Positions 23,119-37,009 of a DNA stretch of 64,000 bases are shown here, in pieces. The stretch is from Heteronotia binoei. Taxonomy: Eukaryota. Under the pieces are notes generated by a model. It was given only the letters and a program-made list of their open reading frames with translations. It was not told the DNA's origin and did no database searches. The stretch lies in contig NC_083233.1 in assembly GCF_032191835.1 (NCBI RefSeq), positions 31,682,001 to 31,746,000 of the forward strand, given 5' to 3'. The position numbers were made by a program, and so were the translations under genes. The first letter of the stretch is position 1. Every line of letters starts with the position of its first letter.

Positions 23119-25266
23119 ATGAAATGGGGTACAGTGAGCAGAGCTACATATAGCTGGTGGCCAATGATTAAGAAAGACACACACCATAATCAAGATAACC
23201 TTTTATGTGACATATAACATCACACCAAGATTTCTCTTTTACAGCGTTTTGTCAGTTCACATCTTTGTAGAAGGAATGGGAAAAACACAAATTGAATGAA
23301 CTACTGCAGCATATAGCATAAGACAGTGCTGGGCAAAATTCAAATATTCAAAAGTGAATGGTTCCTAAGCTATTCCCCCTTGGAAAACAAATCATGTAAT
23401 TCAGAAATCCAAAAGCTAAGTAGGCATACAGTTGACAAGAATTTCAGAAACACTCTTGTTGGTGCACATCCCTGTGAGCATATGTCTAAGTAAGGCCAAG
23501 TATCTATCAAAATTAGTATTGCCTGTACAAATTGGCAGTAGCTTCCCAGGGTCACTGGCAGAAGTCTTTCACATCATGGGAATATAGCCTAGGGCCTTCT
23601 GCAGGCAAAACAGATGATCTACTGTGAAGCCATGGTCTCACCCCAAACATTTATGAGATCTCAATAAGAGAAACACTTTCCCATCACTTGATAGTTGAAA
23701 TCTTTTAATTGGAGATGTCAGGAAGGGAGCCTGGCACCTTCTCTTTACCACTGGACCACAGCTTCTTCCACATCAAAGACTGGAAAAAAGAACAAAATTG
23801 CTAATAGGAGTTGCTCTTGTGGAACAATGTTGGATGATTTAGGAAAGTATCACACTCGCAAGTGGTTAAGAAAGGTTAGTTGTTCTAACCTTTGGTGGAA
23901 CACTACTTTCCTTTTCCCTTTGAGGTTTACCCCAAATTAAAAGGCCTGTGTAACAAAGTCTCTAGAGATTACTGTCTTGGCAGACTCTATTGCTAGGTCA
24001 TACACCTGAAAAAAGCCCATTATATTTATGTCAATGTCACTGAACATTCAATGTTGCCCCATATACTAGTATGGCTACTGTAATTAGGGGAACAGAAACC
24101 ATATGTGGCAAGCCTAAATGGTGGAACAGTAGTTTTTAAAAAAAGTTTAATTCCATCTGTTAAGAAAGGAATTGCCCATTAAGTCACAAAGGTAATGCAT
24201 CTTTTCTCTCCTTCATCCCTAAATATATATTGAAAGCCAGGTTTGGGGGTGGGGGGCACACAGTGGTCTTTCCATGAAAAGGAGCTCATTGTGTTGTTTT
24301 GCTATGGCAAAGCAGAGATGTGTACATGCAAGATTCTCTGCCTGAATGTTTTACTAGTCTTCTTCAAGTTTCTTTTGGGTGTCTTAAAAAACCTTGTGAG
24401 TTTCTCCAGAAAAGGCATTGCCAAATCAGAAATATACCTTTGGCTACTGGGCTGCAGTCAGATGTATATTTTTATCCAACACAGCAGTGAATGCTCTTTG
24501 GATTTAAAATGCACATCCATGCAACAACATCTGGGAGTAGTCGGTAAGTTTTGGGTATCCTGTCATGCTGTGACTTACTGTCAGACTTTTTTGATAGTGG
24601 ATAAAATCCAGTCCTAAATGCTTGATGACGGGCCAAAAATAGATTTTCCCTGTCTGATCACACCAGCATTAGTGAGTCACTGCAACTTCCATCCCAGATC
24701 GGTGCCATTTTTCAAAATCTTAGCAATACATGCATAACCACAGAATCAGCAAAAGGCGGCAGGGGCTCCCAGGTGCCTTAAGCACCACAAGAGATGCATT
24801 CTGAGCAACTGCAAATGTTTCTTTTTAATTTTTTTGAGTTGAATTTTGTGACACAATCATTATTTAGTCCATGCTTCTAGAAAATAGTCCCTACGTGGTT
24901 GAGCCAATCAGCGGCATTGTTTATGCACATGTGCAAAGGTCAGGCGGGACAGTCAATGATGGGACAGGCACTCTGCAAGGTGGATTATTTTGGGGATGTC
25001 TGATTGGGCAACAGCATTTCAAATAAGGATTGACAAAACAGGAGCATCTTGCTGATGGATTAAATGGTGTGTCTGACTGCAGCCCTGGAGAATCAAAATC
25101 AACTGTGATCAGAAATGCAGATCAAGCTTTTATCAGAAATGCAGCTTGATCCAGTTTAGTCCCATTTCTAATTGATCCAGGTTTTTATTTTTTATTTTAA
25201 TAATAATTATTTTTTAAACAGAGAGTCCTGATCAGACTGAAGGCTATGTGTTTGTCTCTGAACTCT

Positions 25267-25531
25267 GCCAGTTTGGTGTAGTAGTTAAGTGCACAGGAAA
25301 ACTAGGTTTGATTCCCCACTCCTCCACTTGCACCTGCTGGAATGACCTTGGGTTAGCCATAGCTCTCGCAGGAGTTGTTTCTGAAAGGGCAGCTGCTGTG
25401 AGAGCTCTCTTGGACCCACCCACCTCACAGGGTGTCTGTTGTGGGGGAAGGAGATAAAGGAGATTATAAGCCACTCTGAGACTTTGATTCAGAATGAAGG
25501 GCGAGGGTATAAATCTGCAGACTTCTTCCTC
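25267..25531 (+). mobile_element. Squam3-like SINE
   Basis: GCCAGTTTGGTGTAGTAGTTAAG A-box, GGTTTGATTCC B-box, same body and tail as 48775. Confidence 0.87.
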
Positions 25532-26039
25532 AGAGAAATAACTACAACTCCTATGAGGCAGTGCAAGAATATAGACACAGCAATGTATAGTGGTCAGTAT
25601 CAGCCTACTTATTTGGAAAGACTAGGTTAAAATCCCCAGTCTACAAAGGAAATGTGCTGGGTAAACTTGGTCTGGACATACACATTCCGCCTAATCCTCT
25701 TCTCTGAACTCTGTGTAACATTCAGAAGTAAATTTTGTGTTTTATTATAGTCCCACTTTATAGTGGCATGAGAAAACAGAATGGCTGCTTCAATTCACAC
25801 AAAGGGAGAAGAAGAGTTGGGCAGGAAGTTGAAATAGCAGGGATGATACATTTAAAAAAAATCATATCTACTTGAGGACCTCCCAAAATTTGTTTTACAT
25901 TATTCATTAACATAACTTTGGGGATGTGCAAACCCTTCTGAGAAATTTCCTTCATCTTATGAAAGCTGCCTTTTTTATTGCACTGATAATTGTACTGGAG
26001 GAGGAATCTGTCAGATTTTCATAGAATTTTGCATTAGGG

Positions 26040-26990
26040 TTTTTTTTTAAAATAAGGTGTTTATTAAAGATTGAATTAAAACACAATAGTATACATTATT
26101 TTACATATACATTACTTAGTAAAGCATGAACAAAGACAGTTTCAAAATAATCATTACATTTCTGTTGAATCAAGGCTTGTCACTACAGGGTATCTGTTAG
26201 TTTTGAGCTTATCATTCAAATAATTTAAAAGGAAAAGGAAAGTAAATGGAGTTCAAGCCAGTTTTAAAGTTCCATCAGCTACCGAATGGTAAAGATATAA
26301 GGTATATGAAACAATTAAAGGTGCTTTCTGTAAACTTCTTTCTGGGTCAGCAGAAGCATCTAGCCATAATGATCATTTGGCCATAATGCTAATAAAGGTA
26401 ACCTGTATCTTGCTGAGGTTTTGTCCAGCAAAAATTATCCCATACTTTTTGGTACCACTGATGCATTGAGGGTTGATTCTGGGATTTCCAGTTTGAAGCA
26501 AGAACATGCTTTGCTGCTGCCAAAGGAGTGGGAATGAGGTTTCTAGTATTTTGAGAAATCCTAGTTCTTGGCCATAAATCCAAAAGGATTAAAGTTGGAT
26601 CTCTAGAGATATAATGTCTCATTATCAAATGAATTTGTGATATGATTTCACTCCAAAATCGACTAACCTTGCTACACGACCACCAATAATGGTAAAAATA
26701 GCCTTTTGGCCAACATAGTTTCCAACATGACAATGACATAAGTGGATTAATATGAGGGTTTTGATGGGGTGAGATGCCATCAAAGTAAAATGTTGTTGAA
26801 TAGGTAGGGAACACGAGGTATACCAAATATTATCCCATTGATGAGTAGTACGATTAATATCCAGATCTTTTTGCCATGCTACCTGATATAATGTTAAAGG
26901 AGGTTCTGTATCCAGCAATAAAGCTTTATAAAGTGCCTAGATTAAGCCTTTTTAGCAACGTGATTTAGAGTTCATGCCGCATTCCAAACT
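26040..26990 (-). mobile_element. L1/Tx1-clade LINE 3' fragment
   Basis: Minus-strand ORFs give LYQVAWQKDL..QWDNIW and CWKL..KGYFYHYWWSC..FWSEI..AAAKHVLASNWK (C-terminal Cys-rich region of L1-type ORF2). AATAAA at 26060-26065 and a short poly(A) at 26040-26048. Confidence 0.8.
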
Positions 26991-27749
26991 AAATTTAATG
27001 GCAGCACTACAATATTTGCTTTAAAAATGTATGTCCGTGCCCCCCCCCCCCCCCCCCGCTCATGAAGAAGTTCTCAATTTAAATTCCAGGGAATCTAAAG
27101 TCGCAGAAACAAAATATGCAAGAAGGAACATAACTGGGTCTATCTAATGCACATGTACAGCTTGCCCACATTACTCATGCTACCTGCCATGTAAATGAAC
27201 TGACAAGATTGTCATATTAACATTTTACAAGACAATTTGATTATACACAAATCCCCAGGAGACTAGAGAAGCACAATTTCATATTGGATGCCTTTGGAAA
27301 ATGCTGGTTCACAGCAAGGGAATTACTGTGTTAGTGTTTTCTTCCTCCATCTTTGGCTTCATATTTATTTTTTTTACAACTAATATTATGTGAAAATACA
27401 GTCAAGCATTTTAAGGTCATTCAGAAGGATATTAAAAATTATGAATATTCTCTAACCAGAATCAAATGCAATCAGAAATTGAATTCAAGTGGTTTGTGTA
27501 TAAAAGGTTAATATATCAGTATAAAGTTAGGTTAACATATCGGAAGATAATCACAGGGTAAAACTGTTGTGGTTAACTTTTAGAATGGCAAATGCCAGAG
27601 TGATCTTGAAATCTGTTTTATAAGAGAATTGTCAATGATGCTGTGAAGGATTGGGATTTAGAATTATGTATAAACAAAAAAAATAAGGCCTGTTGTGAGG
27701 AAAAAATACAACAGGCTCTAGAAAGAAGCTCTGGGCAAGTGCCCCCTAC

Positions 27750-28070
27750 TCTTGCTGTCTTCCCTCCCACCCACCCAGCCAAGTGAAGGCATTCACTCCC
27801 CCAACCCCACTTTCTCACCCCACCCCCCTCCAACTACCACCCATCCCTAACTACCTTTTCCTCTCAACTACCCCGCACCCTTGGCACTCCACTATTTCTC
27901 CATCCATGACATTCACTCACCCCACCCTTGCTGTCTTCCCACTCACCTACCAACTGATGGCCTTCACTCACCCCCCCCCCTCTAATTCTTGCTGTCTTCC
28001 CACATACTCAACAACCCATGGCATTCACACAGCTCCCTACCCTTATTGTCTTCCCATCAATCCCACAGCT
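27750..28070. repeat. C-rich degenerate ~60-bp minisatellite
   Basis: Recurrent CTTGCTGTCTTCCCAC...ATGGCATTCACTCACCC at ~27751, 27927, 27988 and 28052. Confidence 0.55.
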
Positions 28071-28339
28071 GAAAGATGCTTGTTTCCCCTCCCCTACATG
28101 TGTGTATATGTTCCTGTGTATGTGGTGGTTCAAAGCCCTGAAAGAGGCCTAGAATGGTGATAAGGAAGAATAATTGGTGTGTGTAGGGGCATGACAGTGG
28201 TCACCCAGATGCTGGAGTTCAGCATTATTTTGTTTGCACTGCATTGTTGTTACCTTTTCCTGTCAAATTCAGCCTTGCGACATTTAGCATCAGTGTGAGC
28301 TTATGGTGTGATCTGTATTTTTTGGCCTGGCATGGTTGT

Positions 28340-28768
28340 ATTATGGTATACCACAGAGTATGCACCTCAAAGTGGCCATTTTCTGTAGGGGAACTGATCT
28401 GACTTCTGGTCTCCAACTCCTCCCCACTCCCTTCAGCTTCTGCCTAGGAAAAGTACAGTCTTTCTCAACAGTGGGGACCAAAGTAGAAGGGAAGCAACCT
28501 CAGTAGGGTATAATAACACAAAGTCCACCCTGCAAAGCAGCCATTTTCCCCAGGCTAGCTGATCTCTGCCATCTGTAATTCTGAATGATCTCCAGTTCTC
28601 AGCTGGAGATTGACAACAATGGTTCCCCAGGAGAAAATGGCTGGTTTGGAGGGTGGAGTCTATGGCATTGTACTTATCTGAGGTCCCACCCCTCTTCAAA
28701 CCACACTCTCTCCAAGCTTCACCCATCAAATCACCAGGAATTTCTCAACCTGGAGTTGGCAACCTTAT
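28340..28768. mobile_element. Cluster of MITE fragments (TAGGGTTGCCA family) in both orientations
   Basis: Minus fragments at ~28340-28420 and ~28520-28595. Plus fragment ~28602-28768 ending GGAGTTGGCAACCTTA. Confidence 0.5.
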
Positions 28769-29652
28769 CTCCTTCTCAGTCAACCATCAGCCTACCTTTA
28801 GCTGCCCTTCTGACTTCAGTTTTCCATCTCCTCCCCCCTCCCAGCAGCCTAGGAAAAGGACAATCTTTTGGTGCAGTGAGAACCAAAGCAGTTTACATAA
28901 TTTCCCTCCCCCCCCCTTTTTTTTTAATCTGTGCAACAACACTGTGAGATAGGTTAGGCTGAAAGTCTATAAGTGGTCCAAGATCACCCAGTCAACTGCC
29001 ACAGCAAGAATTTGGGTCTGGCTCTGAAACCCTGCTCTGAAACACTAACTCCTATGCCACACTGGCTATCATGGGGGGCTAATGCTGAACAGTAGCAAGC
29101 AGCCAGGCCTAGGGTAGCCTACCTTCAGGTGGAGCCTGAAGATCTCCTGGTAATCACAACTGAACTCCAGACAACAGATCTTTCTTCCCTTGGGGAAAAT
29201 AACTGCTTTGGAAGATGGACTCTATGACATTATATTCAGCTGAGGACTCTCCCTTTACTAACAGAACCAGGCTTGGATGCCTAGCAACAGCCACTGGCAA
29301 GCAGCTTCCCCAGTTGCCCAATCCTCATCTGTCCTGGGGCAAGGCTGAAGGGAGGAGGGAGGGATGGAGGGAGTGGCAGGAAAGAGGCAGCTGCAGTGGT
29401 CTGTGAGGAAATGCTCCTAGCTGGGCCAGGCCTTGCCACCTAGTTACATTGCCACCTTCATTCCCTGACTCTTTGCCATTCTACTGGCATTCTTAGCCTG
29501 TCCTGTAATGTCTTGGTTATATTTTTTTTGTAAAATACCTTGTCTGCCCTATAAAAAGACATGCATCAAGAGTTCAGCAAAATTTATTTCCCCCCTTGGA
29601 AGAGGTTAATATTGTTTCACAAAGAGGCTTGAGACCATTTAAATTGGTTTTC

Positions 29653-29842
29653 AAGTCCAGGATCCCCTTAGACTAACACGATTTTCAGGGCATGAGCTTT
29701 TGAGAACCACAGCTCCCTTCTTCATCAAAGGGAGCTTTGGCTCTTGAAAGTTTATACCCTGGAAATCTTACTGGTCTTTAAAATGCTACTGGACTTACGT
29801 CTAACTTTTCTACTGCAGACAGACACTGCTATCCTCTGAAAC
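29653..29842. mobile_element. Inverted (palindromic) pair of Penelope-like element ends
   Basis: AAGTCCAG...GAGCTTTTGAGAACCACAGCTCCCTTCTTCA is mirrored by AAGGGAGCTTTGGCTCTTGAAAGTTTATACC...CTACTGGACTT. Confidence 0.65.
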
Positions 29843-32800
29843 AATTTATAATTGGTTCACACAACCCATGCTGGGCACTGTGGGGAGGAAACGCCCAGTG
29901 ACCTCCCTCCATCCAGAAGTCCTATGGGGTGTGGTCAAGCTCATGAGCAACCTAGCCCCCACTTTTCCCACCCTCAGTCTTGAGAAAGCAAACAACTGAT
30001 CATCAGACTGCTGGCTGTTAAAGCTGTCCTTGATCAGTTGGCCAACAGGTGGATCTTTGCAGGGTGTGTCCATAGCCTCACTTGGTCTTGTGGATGCTGG
30101 GTTTGACACTGTGGTACATAAAGACAGAAAAGGGGGGATGTCTGGTGTTTTCCCTGCCAACTCTAGCAAATGCTTTGGAGGCAATGGCATAAAAATGTAC
30201 ACAAATGCAGTAAATCAATCAATCAACATCCAAAGTGAAAGTGGAGATTCCTCATGAGGTAAGACATCAATATATTTTGTGGGAAGCTACAATGAAGGAT
30301 ATAATTTCTTAAATAAAGGGAAGTTTGTCTCTAATGAAAAGAGATCACAAGGGTGCTGTTTTTCTTCTCTACCATAATCATTATCTAGGACAGTGTTTCC
30401 CAAACATTTTGGGACCCAGAAACCTCTGCAAGTGGGGCATGGGCCAGCTGTCCCTAATGGCTACCCCAGCCCTTTCTATTACTCTCTTGTATTTTATAAA
30501 CAAAAATCTGACCTTGGAAACAGTATCTCCTATTTTTTCTTCTTCACTGCATCTACATATTGATCAAATGAAATGTGTCCTGAGGGTCACTAGAGTGAGT
30601 GAGAATCTTGGGATTAGAGAGAGTAATGGAGAAAGGGAAGATAATTAAAGGCTGGAATGTAACTTCCATAGGAAATGCTGTGTGTATGTCAGAATGCCAC
30701 TTGCTTGGGGTTCATAGTAAGGACAGCCATGCCCTTTATGCAATGTTTGTTGGTTTCTCCAAAACATCTGGTTAACCATTTTAGAAAATGGAATGCTGAA
30801 CTATACAGGTGCTGAAGTCATCGTTAGCCTAGGGTACCAAAAAAACCTTGGACTAGCCTTGCAAGGGTCATCATACCAAATGAATTTGGACTTGTGGGCC
30901 ACCATATGGAAAATGTTGGGAACTGCTGACCTAGGAGATCATCCAGTTCCTTTCCACATAGATATACAGTTGGGTTTCCCCTGACTGCTCGCTGTCCCTT
31001 CTCTCTGCTTATAGAAGAACTGAGAGAGTTTCAGCCCATAATCTGTGTTCTTACTTCTCTTGAATCCATGAAGGGTTAAGGAGTTGTCGGTTCTTCCCTC
31101 TGTTTTGTAGTTCTGGTTTCAAATTTCTTACTCCTGCTGTTAACCACCCTCCCTTCCAATTTTTATTTCACTGACATTTCGTCCTCATTCTGTTTCTTTG
31201 TGATAGAATCATGGAATGATACTTTTGTATGGAGGGGAGATACATCTAAGAAAAGAATTGCAACCAAACAGCAACAAACACACACACACACACACACAAA
31301 CCCACAGTAAAAAAAAAAAAACCTCACACAACTGAAGATCTTTTCAGCCTCCACCTCTTTCTAGGAGTGCATATCTATCTAAGGAGCTAAGCTGTCAAAT
31401 CAGTTTGGCATGGAGAATCAGGAGATTGAAAACATACGCGCACTCAGTGAGTCAAAAGGTGAACATTATTCAAAGGAATCATTCTTGATAATAAACATGT
31501 AAGGGAAACTTTGAACATCAAAGATAGTATAACCTGGTATTTGCAAAAAAAAAAAAAAAGTATCTGAAGGACTTTGACAGAAAAGTTAAGTGCCATGCTC
31601 CTTGTGGTTTGCATGTTTCTCATACTCATATTTCCATAGATAAAATTTACAGAGGGTACAAAAACCAGTAACTTCAAAGCAACATTTTTTTACCTCCCCC
31701 CCCCCCCGGACTAGATTTATAAAATTCATACCTCCTTTCTTGTGTCAGAAAAAAATTGTATGTATCTATTCAACCCCTTCCTTTAGTCCAAAGAGCACCA
31801 TTTTCTCAAGTTCTGTGTATGAAAAGGCTTGCTCTTAATAGGTAGTGTTAGATATTTGAAAAGAAATATCCCAAGAAGACACCTGACACTGTATCCAGGT
31901 GATGTGACATTTTGGATAGTGTGAGAGACTTCCTCTTGTGAGAGCTCGGCCATCCTTCTAGTTGCCCTGGCAACTCTGTGGTTGCTTAGGCAACCAAAAT
32001 AATGGCTGAATCTCATGGAAGTTCTGGAAACCTTGTAGGCCACTTTTGCCCTGCCACATTTTCTTAAAAGGGCTGGGGGAGTAAAGAGGATTGGCTGCTC
32101 TGGCCCCTGTGAGCAGATGGCAATGGAAGTGGTGGCAGCGGTCAAGGTGATGGCAGTGTGAGTCAGGAAGCTGATGAAGGGTTATTGTGTAATGGATAGG
32201 GCTGGAGGTTGCCACCCTCTCAGCTATGCTGCCTGAGTCAACTGTTGGCCTTATTATAGATCCACATCTGAATTCCCTCATAATTTATCCCAGTTGGATA
32301 AAGGGGAAAAATATTACATCAAAACTGTATTTCCCATTAACAGATGGAACAAAATGCTGACTATAACAAGGAGAACAAGCTTGTAATGATGATAATAAAG
32401 ACAAATAATGTACAAATAATGTACAACAAACTTGTAATGATGATAATAAAGACAAATAATGTAAATCTTTAAACTCAACATGAATAATGAATGGGGGGAA
32501 GAAGACAGTGCACCTATAATGCATCAGCAACATGGAGGACAAGAAAGATGCACATGAGCTATAGTCAGCAGCACATGAACATTGCATTATACAATATTTG
32601 TATAAACATGCAAACCACAAACCAAAATTGTTCATGAGGAATTCCTAATGCATTGGTGCCACTTAGAAACAAAGACTAATTCAGAACTAAAAAAAATCTG
32701 CAAATAAATTCAAAGGAGGTGAATAGCATATCTAATATGTGAGTGTAATTTTATCTTTAAGAATAGGGATACAATGTTTTTTTAAAAATCTTCATGCTCC

Positions 32801-35712
32801 CCCCCCCCTTTTTGATAGGCATACTAATAAACTTGTTTTCTGCCATCAATCCTTCCTTCCAAAACACACCTTGCACTTTCAGAATACTTTAAGATCAGTC
32901 TGTTTTTAATGAGCCCACCTGCTCACTTCACGTCATTGAAATTACAGAATATTCTAATTACAGGAGTTGTATTATTTTCAGAAATAGAGCAGCTTTATTA
33001 AAAGGGGGAGAAAACACAATTGCAGAGTCTTAATTGATTCTGCTATTGGTTATTGTTATTGGAATATGGTGGGATGTACTTTCAAGCAGAACACAATACA
33101 TGAGTTAGAAAGAAAAGGAAGGACAAAGAGTTTGAACAATGGGTGTTCCTTCATGGAAATGACAATTAACAGAACCTTAGCACTGTCAAACCACCTGTGG
33201 GGGGCAGGGATTGCCATCAAGTCCTGCTGCTGTGACTGACAGGCAACAACACTCTCCTAAGGATTTGACGGGCAGGCAACAACACTCTCCTAAGGAGACA
33301 GACTATCCAGTCAGAGAGCCCAGGGCGTGACAACCATACATCCAAGTTTTGGAACATAAATCTCTGATTTTGTATAGGAAGCTGAAACTTCTCTCATGCT
33401 AACTGTGAGTTTCTGAACAATGTTAATATGGAAGACGAAAAAGGAGGCATTTGTCAGATGAATGGCCATTTTGGCAAATGCTACTTTTGTGTTTACCTCA
33501 CAAGCTCATTAAAGCAAAAACTGCCTTTGAGGCCTCATATTTAAAAATTCCCTCAGGTGTTTATAGAAAACACACCTAATCTTGCATTAAACAGCCCATG
33601 GTGCTCAAACCCAAAACTGTGTAGGTCAAGCCAGTGGCATATCTAGCATATCTGACACCAGGAGCGCAAGGGTGGGCACACAGTTGGGCTTACTTGTAAG
33701 TAAACACACAAAGGATTTGGGGCCATTAGAAAGCAGGGACATAAATCAAAGGAGGATGGTAGGTAGAGAAAGCTTTGGTTGTTGCTTATTTTAGAAAAAG
33801 CAGGGAGTGTGTTTGAGATTTGAAAAGGGAAACCATTGAGCACCCAATGAAGAAAGGTGGTGGGGTATCCAGAGCTTTCAAAGCCTCCAGAGCTTTCCCA
33901 AAGAAGGTCAGAATTTAAAAAAAAACCAAGAATATCAATGAAATGGATTAAAAGAAGAGAGATTGTTTATGTTTTGTAAAACGGCAACTCCCTGGTGCTG
34001 GAGCACCTTACTTGTGACTTCTTGGGGAAAAAGGGGTGTTTTTTGATGCCATGAATTGTGATCCCTCTGCTCTTTGTTTGCCCCCCAAGTTGGAATAAAG
34101 AGGCGGACACAAGTGAATTGGTAAAACTATGGGCCATTTTATTTAAATAACCTAACAACGGCAAGGGCAACCAGCTGCAGCCAGGTAAGGGCCAGGGGTC
34201 ACCACAGACCGCTCCCCTGCCTTTTTCACAGGTGAGAGACCCGGCCCCCTAGTCAGAGCTGTGTGTCACAGTTTCCATCAGGCAGGCCCAGCAGGGAGGC
34301 TCGCACTGGAGGGCCCAGTCACCAGACGCATGTCTCAGCAAAAGACACCCATCCGAGTCTCCAGGACAGTCTGCATTCACACACCTTGGGTCACCGATAC
34401 CCAAAGGTTGATCCTGCCAGACCCCTAACTCCCCCAAAGGGGGAGGCTAACAGGTCTTCCCCAGGCCGCATGGTGCCATAAACCCAGTAAAACCTGCCCT
34501 CAAAGGTGACCAACCTTTAATAAGGCACCATCCTGAAGCCAATTCCACAATCCACTGATATGCTATGCAGGGTAGACAAAAAACACCCCAGCCAAAAGCC
34601 AAACATCTGGGGAGTAAAAAATTCCTACCTGGCCCCTCACTCAAAGAGGCGACCAGCAAATGCCTACATAACAAAGAGGGCGGGAGGGAGGGCCAACAAT
34701 CATCGAGGGACTGTGTGAGAGGAGTGCAGAGGCTGCTAAAGGCACACCTAAGCCCCACCCCTGAAAAGATGTGCCTAAAGCACGCCTCATGGTTCGCTCT
34801 CCCTCCAGGGAGGCAAAAAATCACCAACAGCCTAGCCGCAGGGCGGCAGGCTGTTGGAGCTTCAATTCCCCAGAGAATGCACACTCTTCTTGCCTGTATC
34901 TGGGGTGGACTGCATCTACTGCCTCATCCTAGGAACACCACTGGAGCAAGTACCATTTCCCTCATCCATAGGCTGCTGGTCAGAAGAGGGAAGTGCAAAT
35001 AATTCAAGACTGGAGACTGGGGTTTTAATTTTTAAATAAACAAATCCAGTAGCCAGTGACTGTAATAATAAACTGAACTGAATCCAGTAGCCAGAACCAC
35101 CATGTCCCTGAAAATCAGATAATCACAGCCAATCAAATGCCACTGACTGTTATATAGCACCCCAGTTTGCTATTACGCAGTCTGAGCAATGCGTTGTTGA
35201 GGAAAGCCATTAGGTCCTGATTCAGTTTCCCTGACCAACTGCCCATGTCCAAATTCTGGGATGCTGCTCTTTGACTGAATTTGTACCTAAGCAGTTTGCA
35301 GTGACTAATAGAAGTAAGGAAGGTCTTCTGGAGATCTTTCAGATACAGTGCTGGATTCAGCAAGAGTGGAAGGGGGAATTTTCACCAATTCTCTCACTGA
35401 GCTGTAGGCTTCTGAGTCTTCCGCTTACAATCTCCCTGTTGGTCCCCCATCCTCCAAAAGTATCAGAGATTTTCTGCAGGAACCCAGTCACATGAAGGAA
35501 GAGGGGAGCTCTTCCTACATCCTCAATTTAAAGGGATCAAAACAATTCCTGCTCAGTCCCAAATCTAGTCCTGCACTGAATTATATGGTTAGATGCCTGG
35601 GTGGGTAGATAATCAGCATGCAGCAAATGCTTGCATGTGGCTGGTGGAGATTCCTGTTGGCTGTGTCTTATGCCCTGTCTGTCAGTGAAATCTCATGTAT
35701 CATTTGAATTAA

Positions 35713-35838
35713 CTATCTGAAGAAGTGAGCAGTGACTCATGAAAGCTCCTACCCTGCTACAAATGTTATTAGTCTTTAAGGTGCTACTGGACTCTTGCTC
35801 TTTTCTCCTGCTACAGACAAACATGGCTATCCATCTTG
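35713..35838 (+). mobile_element. Penelope-like element end carrying a minimal type I hammerhead ribozyme motif
   Basis: TAT-CTGAAGA(35717-35723)-A-GTGAG cagtga CTCAT-GAAA(35741-35744)-GCTC, followed by TTAGTCTTTAAGGTGCTACTGGACTC. Confidence 0.75.
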
Positions 35839-36920
35839 AATTAATACAGACTGACACAATGGCATTTCGGGTCCAGACAGCCCTGAATAAAACCTGTCGC
35901 ATCCCAAGGATTGTCTTAATAATTGCATTTCTGGCTGAAGAACCTTGTTTGATAAGCCAGCCCTTTCAGGAGTCCCTTTATACAGCTGAAGCTTCTTTTT
36001 AATCCTTAAAGCAAAGTGCAACTTTTGATGTGGGTTAAAAAATATTTGTCAAATAAAACCCTAAATACTGTTTAAAGCAACCACAGTATTTTGCCCTGCA
36101 ACATTAAAAGGAAGGTTTTTTCCCTCCATGGTGTTTCATTTCTCTGCTTAAATTCAAAGCCTATTCATGCAGTTTAAACTTCTAGAATCCTTTCCCTCCC
36201 CTATATATATATATATATTTACAGAGAGAAATTGGCAGATTTGCCTTTTGACAAATGCATCTTTAATACTCTCTTTGACTTGCAAAATGAAACCAAAGAC
36301 CTTGGCACAGATGTATCTAGTGAAGTGTTTTGACACTTTGAAGTCCCTTTGATAATTTCCTTTAGTTTGTCACACTTGGGCCTGAGAAGCAGGACAGGGT
36401 GTGCTCATAGAATTTCAAAATTGGCCCATAGGGTTATTTCTGTCTTATGCTACATGCATGGTTGGTGGAGGGGGCAATTAATAATACTTTATATTTATAT
36501 AGTACTTTAAAGTGTTCAAAGCATTTAATATATATCATTGTACTCCTTACAACTACATTTTGTATATGTTTGGGATTAATATTATCCTCTTTCTATTCAC
36601 AGGGCACATGGCACTGTGGGAAAGTGACTTGCCTAAGGTCATATAAGGTTTTTATGATCATGACAGAGGCAAAATTTATACTGGGTACAGCTAGTAACTA
36701 GTAAACTACACTGGCCTCCTAGGGGTCTATGGACATTTCTGGGTTTACAGGGCTAGTGCTTACCTAGCCCAAAAAAACCTCCTCCTGTGAGAAAAGAATA
36801 AACCTACACAACTAATTCCTCCATGGACATAACACCAAATGAATGTTAATTCTGATTTTCATGGTGTGGAGGGAGGGGGGGAATATGCTAATGAAATAGA
36901 AATTTCTGATGTATACAATT

Positions 36921-37000
36921 GAAGTCCAGTAGCATCTTTAAAACTAATGTTTTACAGGATATAAGCTCCCCTGAGTCAAAACTGATGTCATCAGATGTTG
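36921..37000 (-). mobile_element. Penelope-like element end, heavily decayed
   Basis: Minus strand CTGATGA...GAGCTTATATCC...TTAGTTTTAAAGATGCTACTGGACTT. Confidence 0.45.
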
Positions 37001-37009
37001 AAAAGTTAA

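Noticed and set aside
24901-24950. Cluster of CCAAT, FOX-like TGTTTAT, E-box and CAAAGGTCA motifs
   Set aside because: Short motifs alone cannot establish an enhancer, and there is no conservation evidence.
33240-33297. 24-bp direct repeat CAGGCAACAACACTCTCCTAAGGA with short filler; similar small duplications at ~32380-32465 and ~50934-50970
   Set aside because: Ordinary local tandem duplications from slippage or end-joining, with no further structure.
34130-35030. GC-elevated stretch with 145-aa ORFs on both strands
   Set aside because: No recognisable domain, terminal repeat or partner copy; probably an old unclassified repeat.
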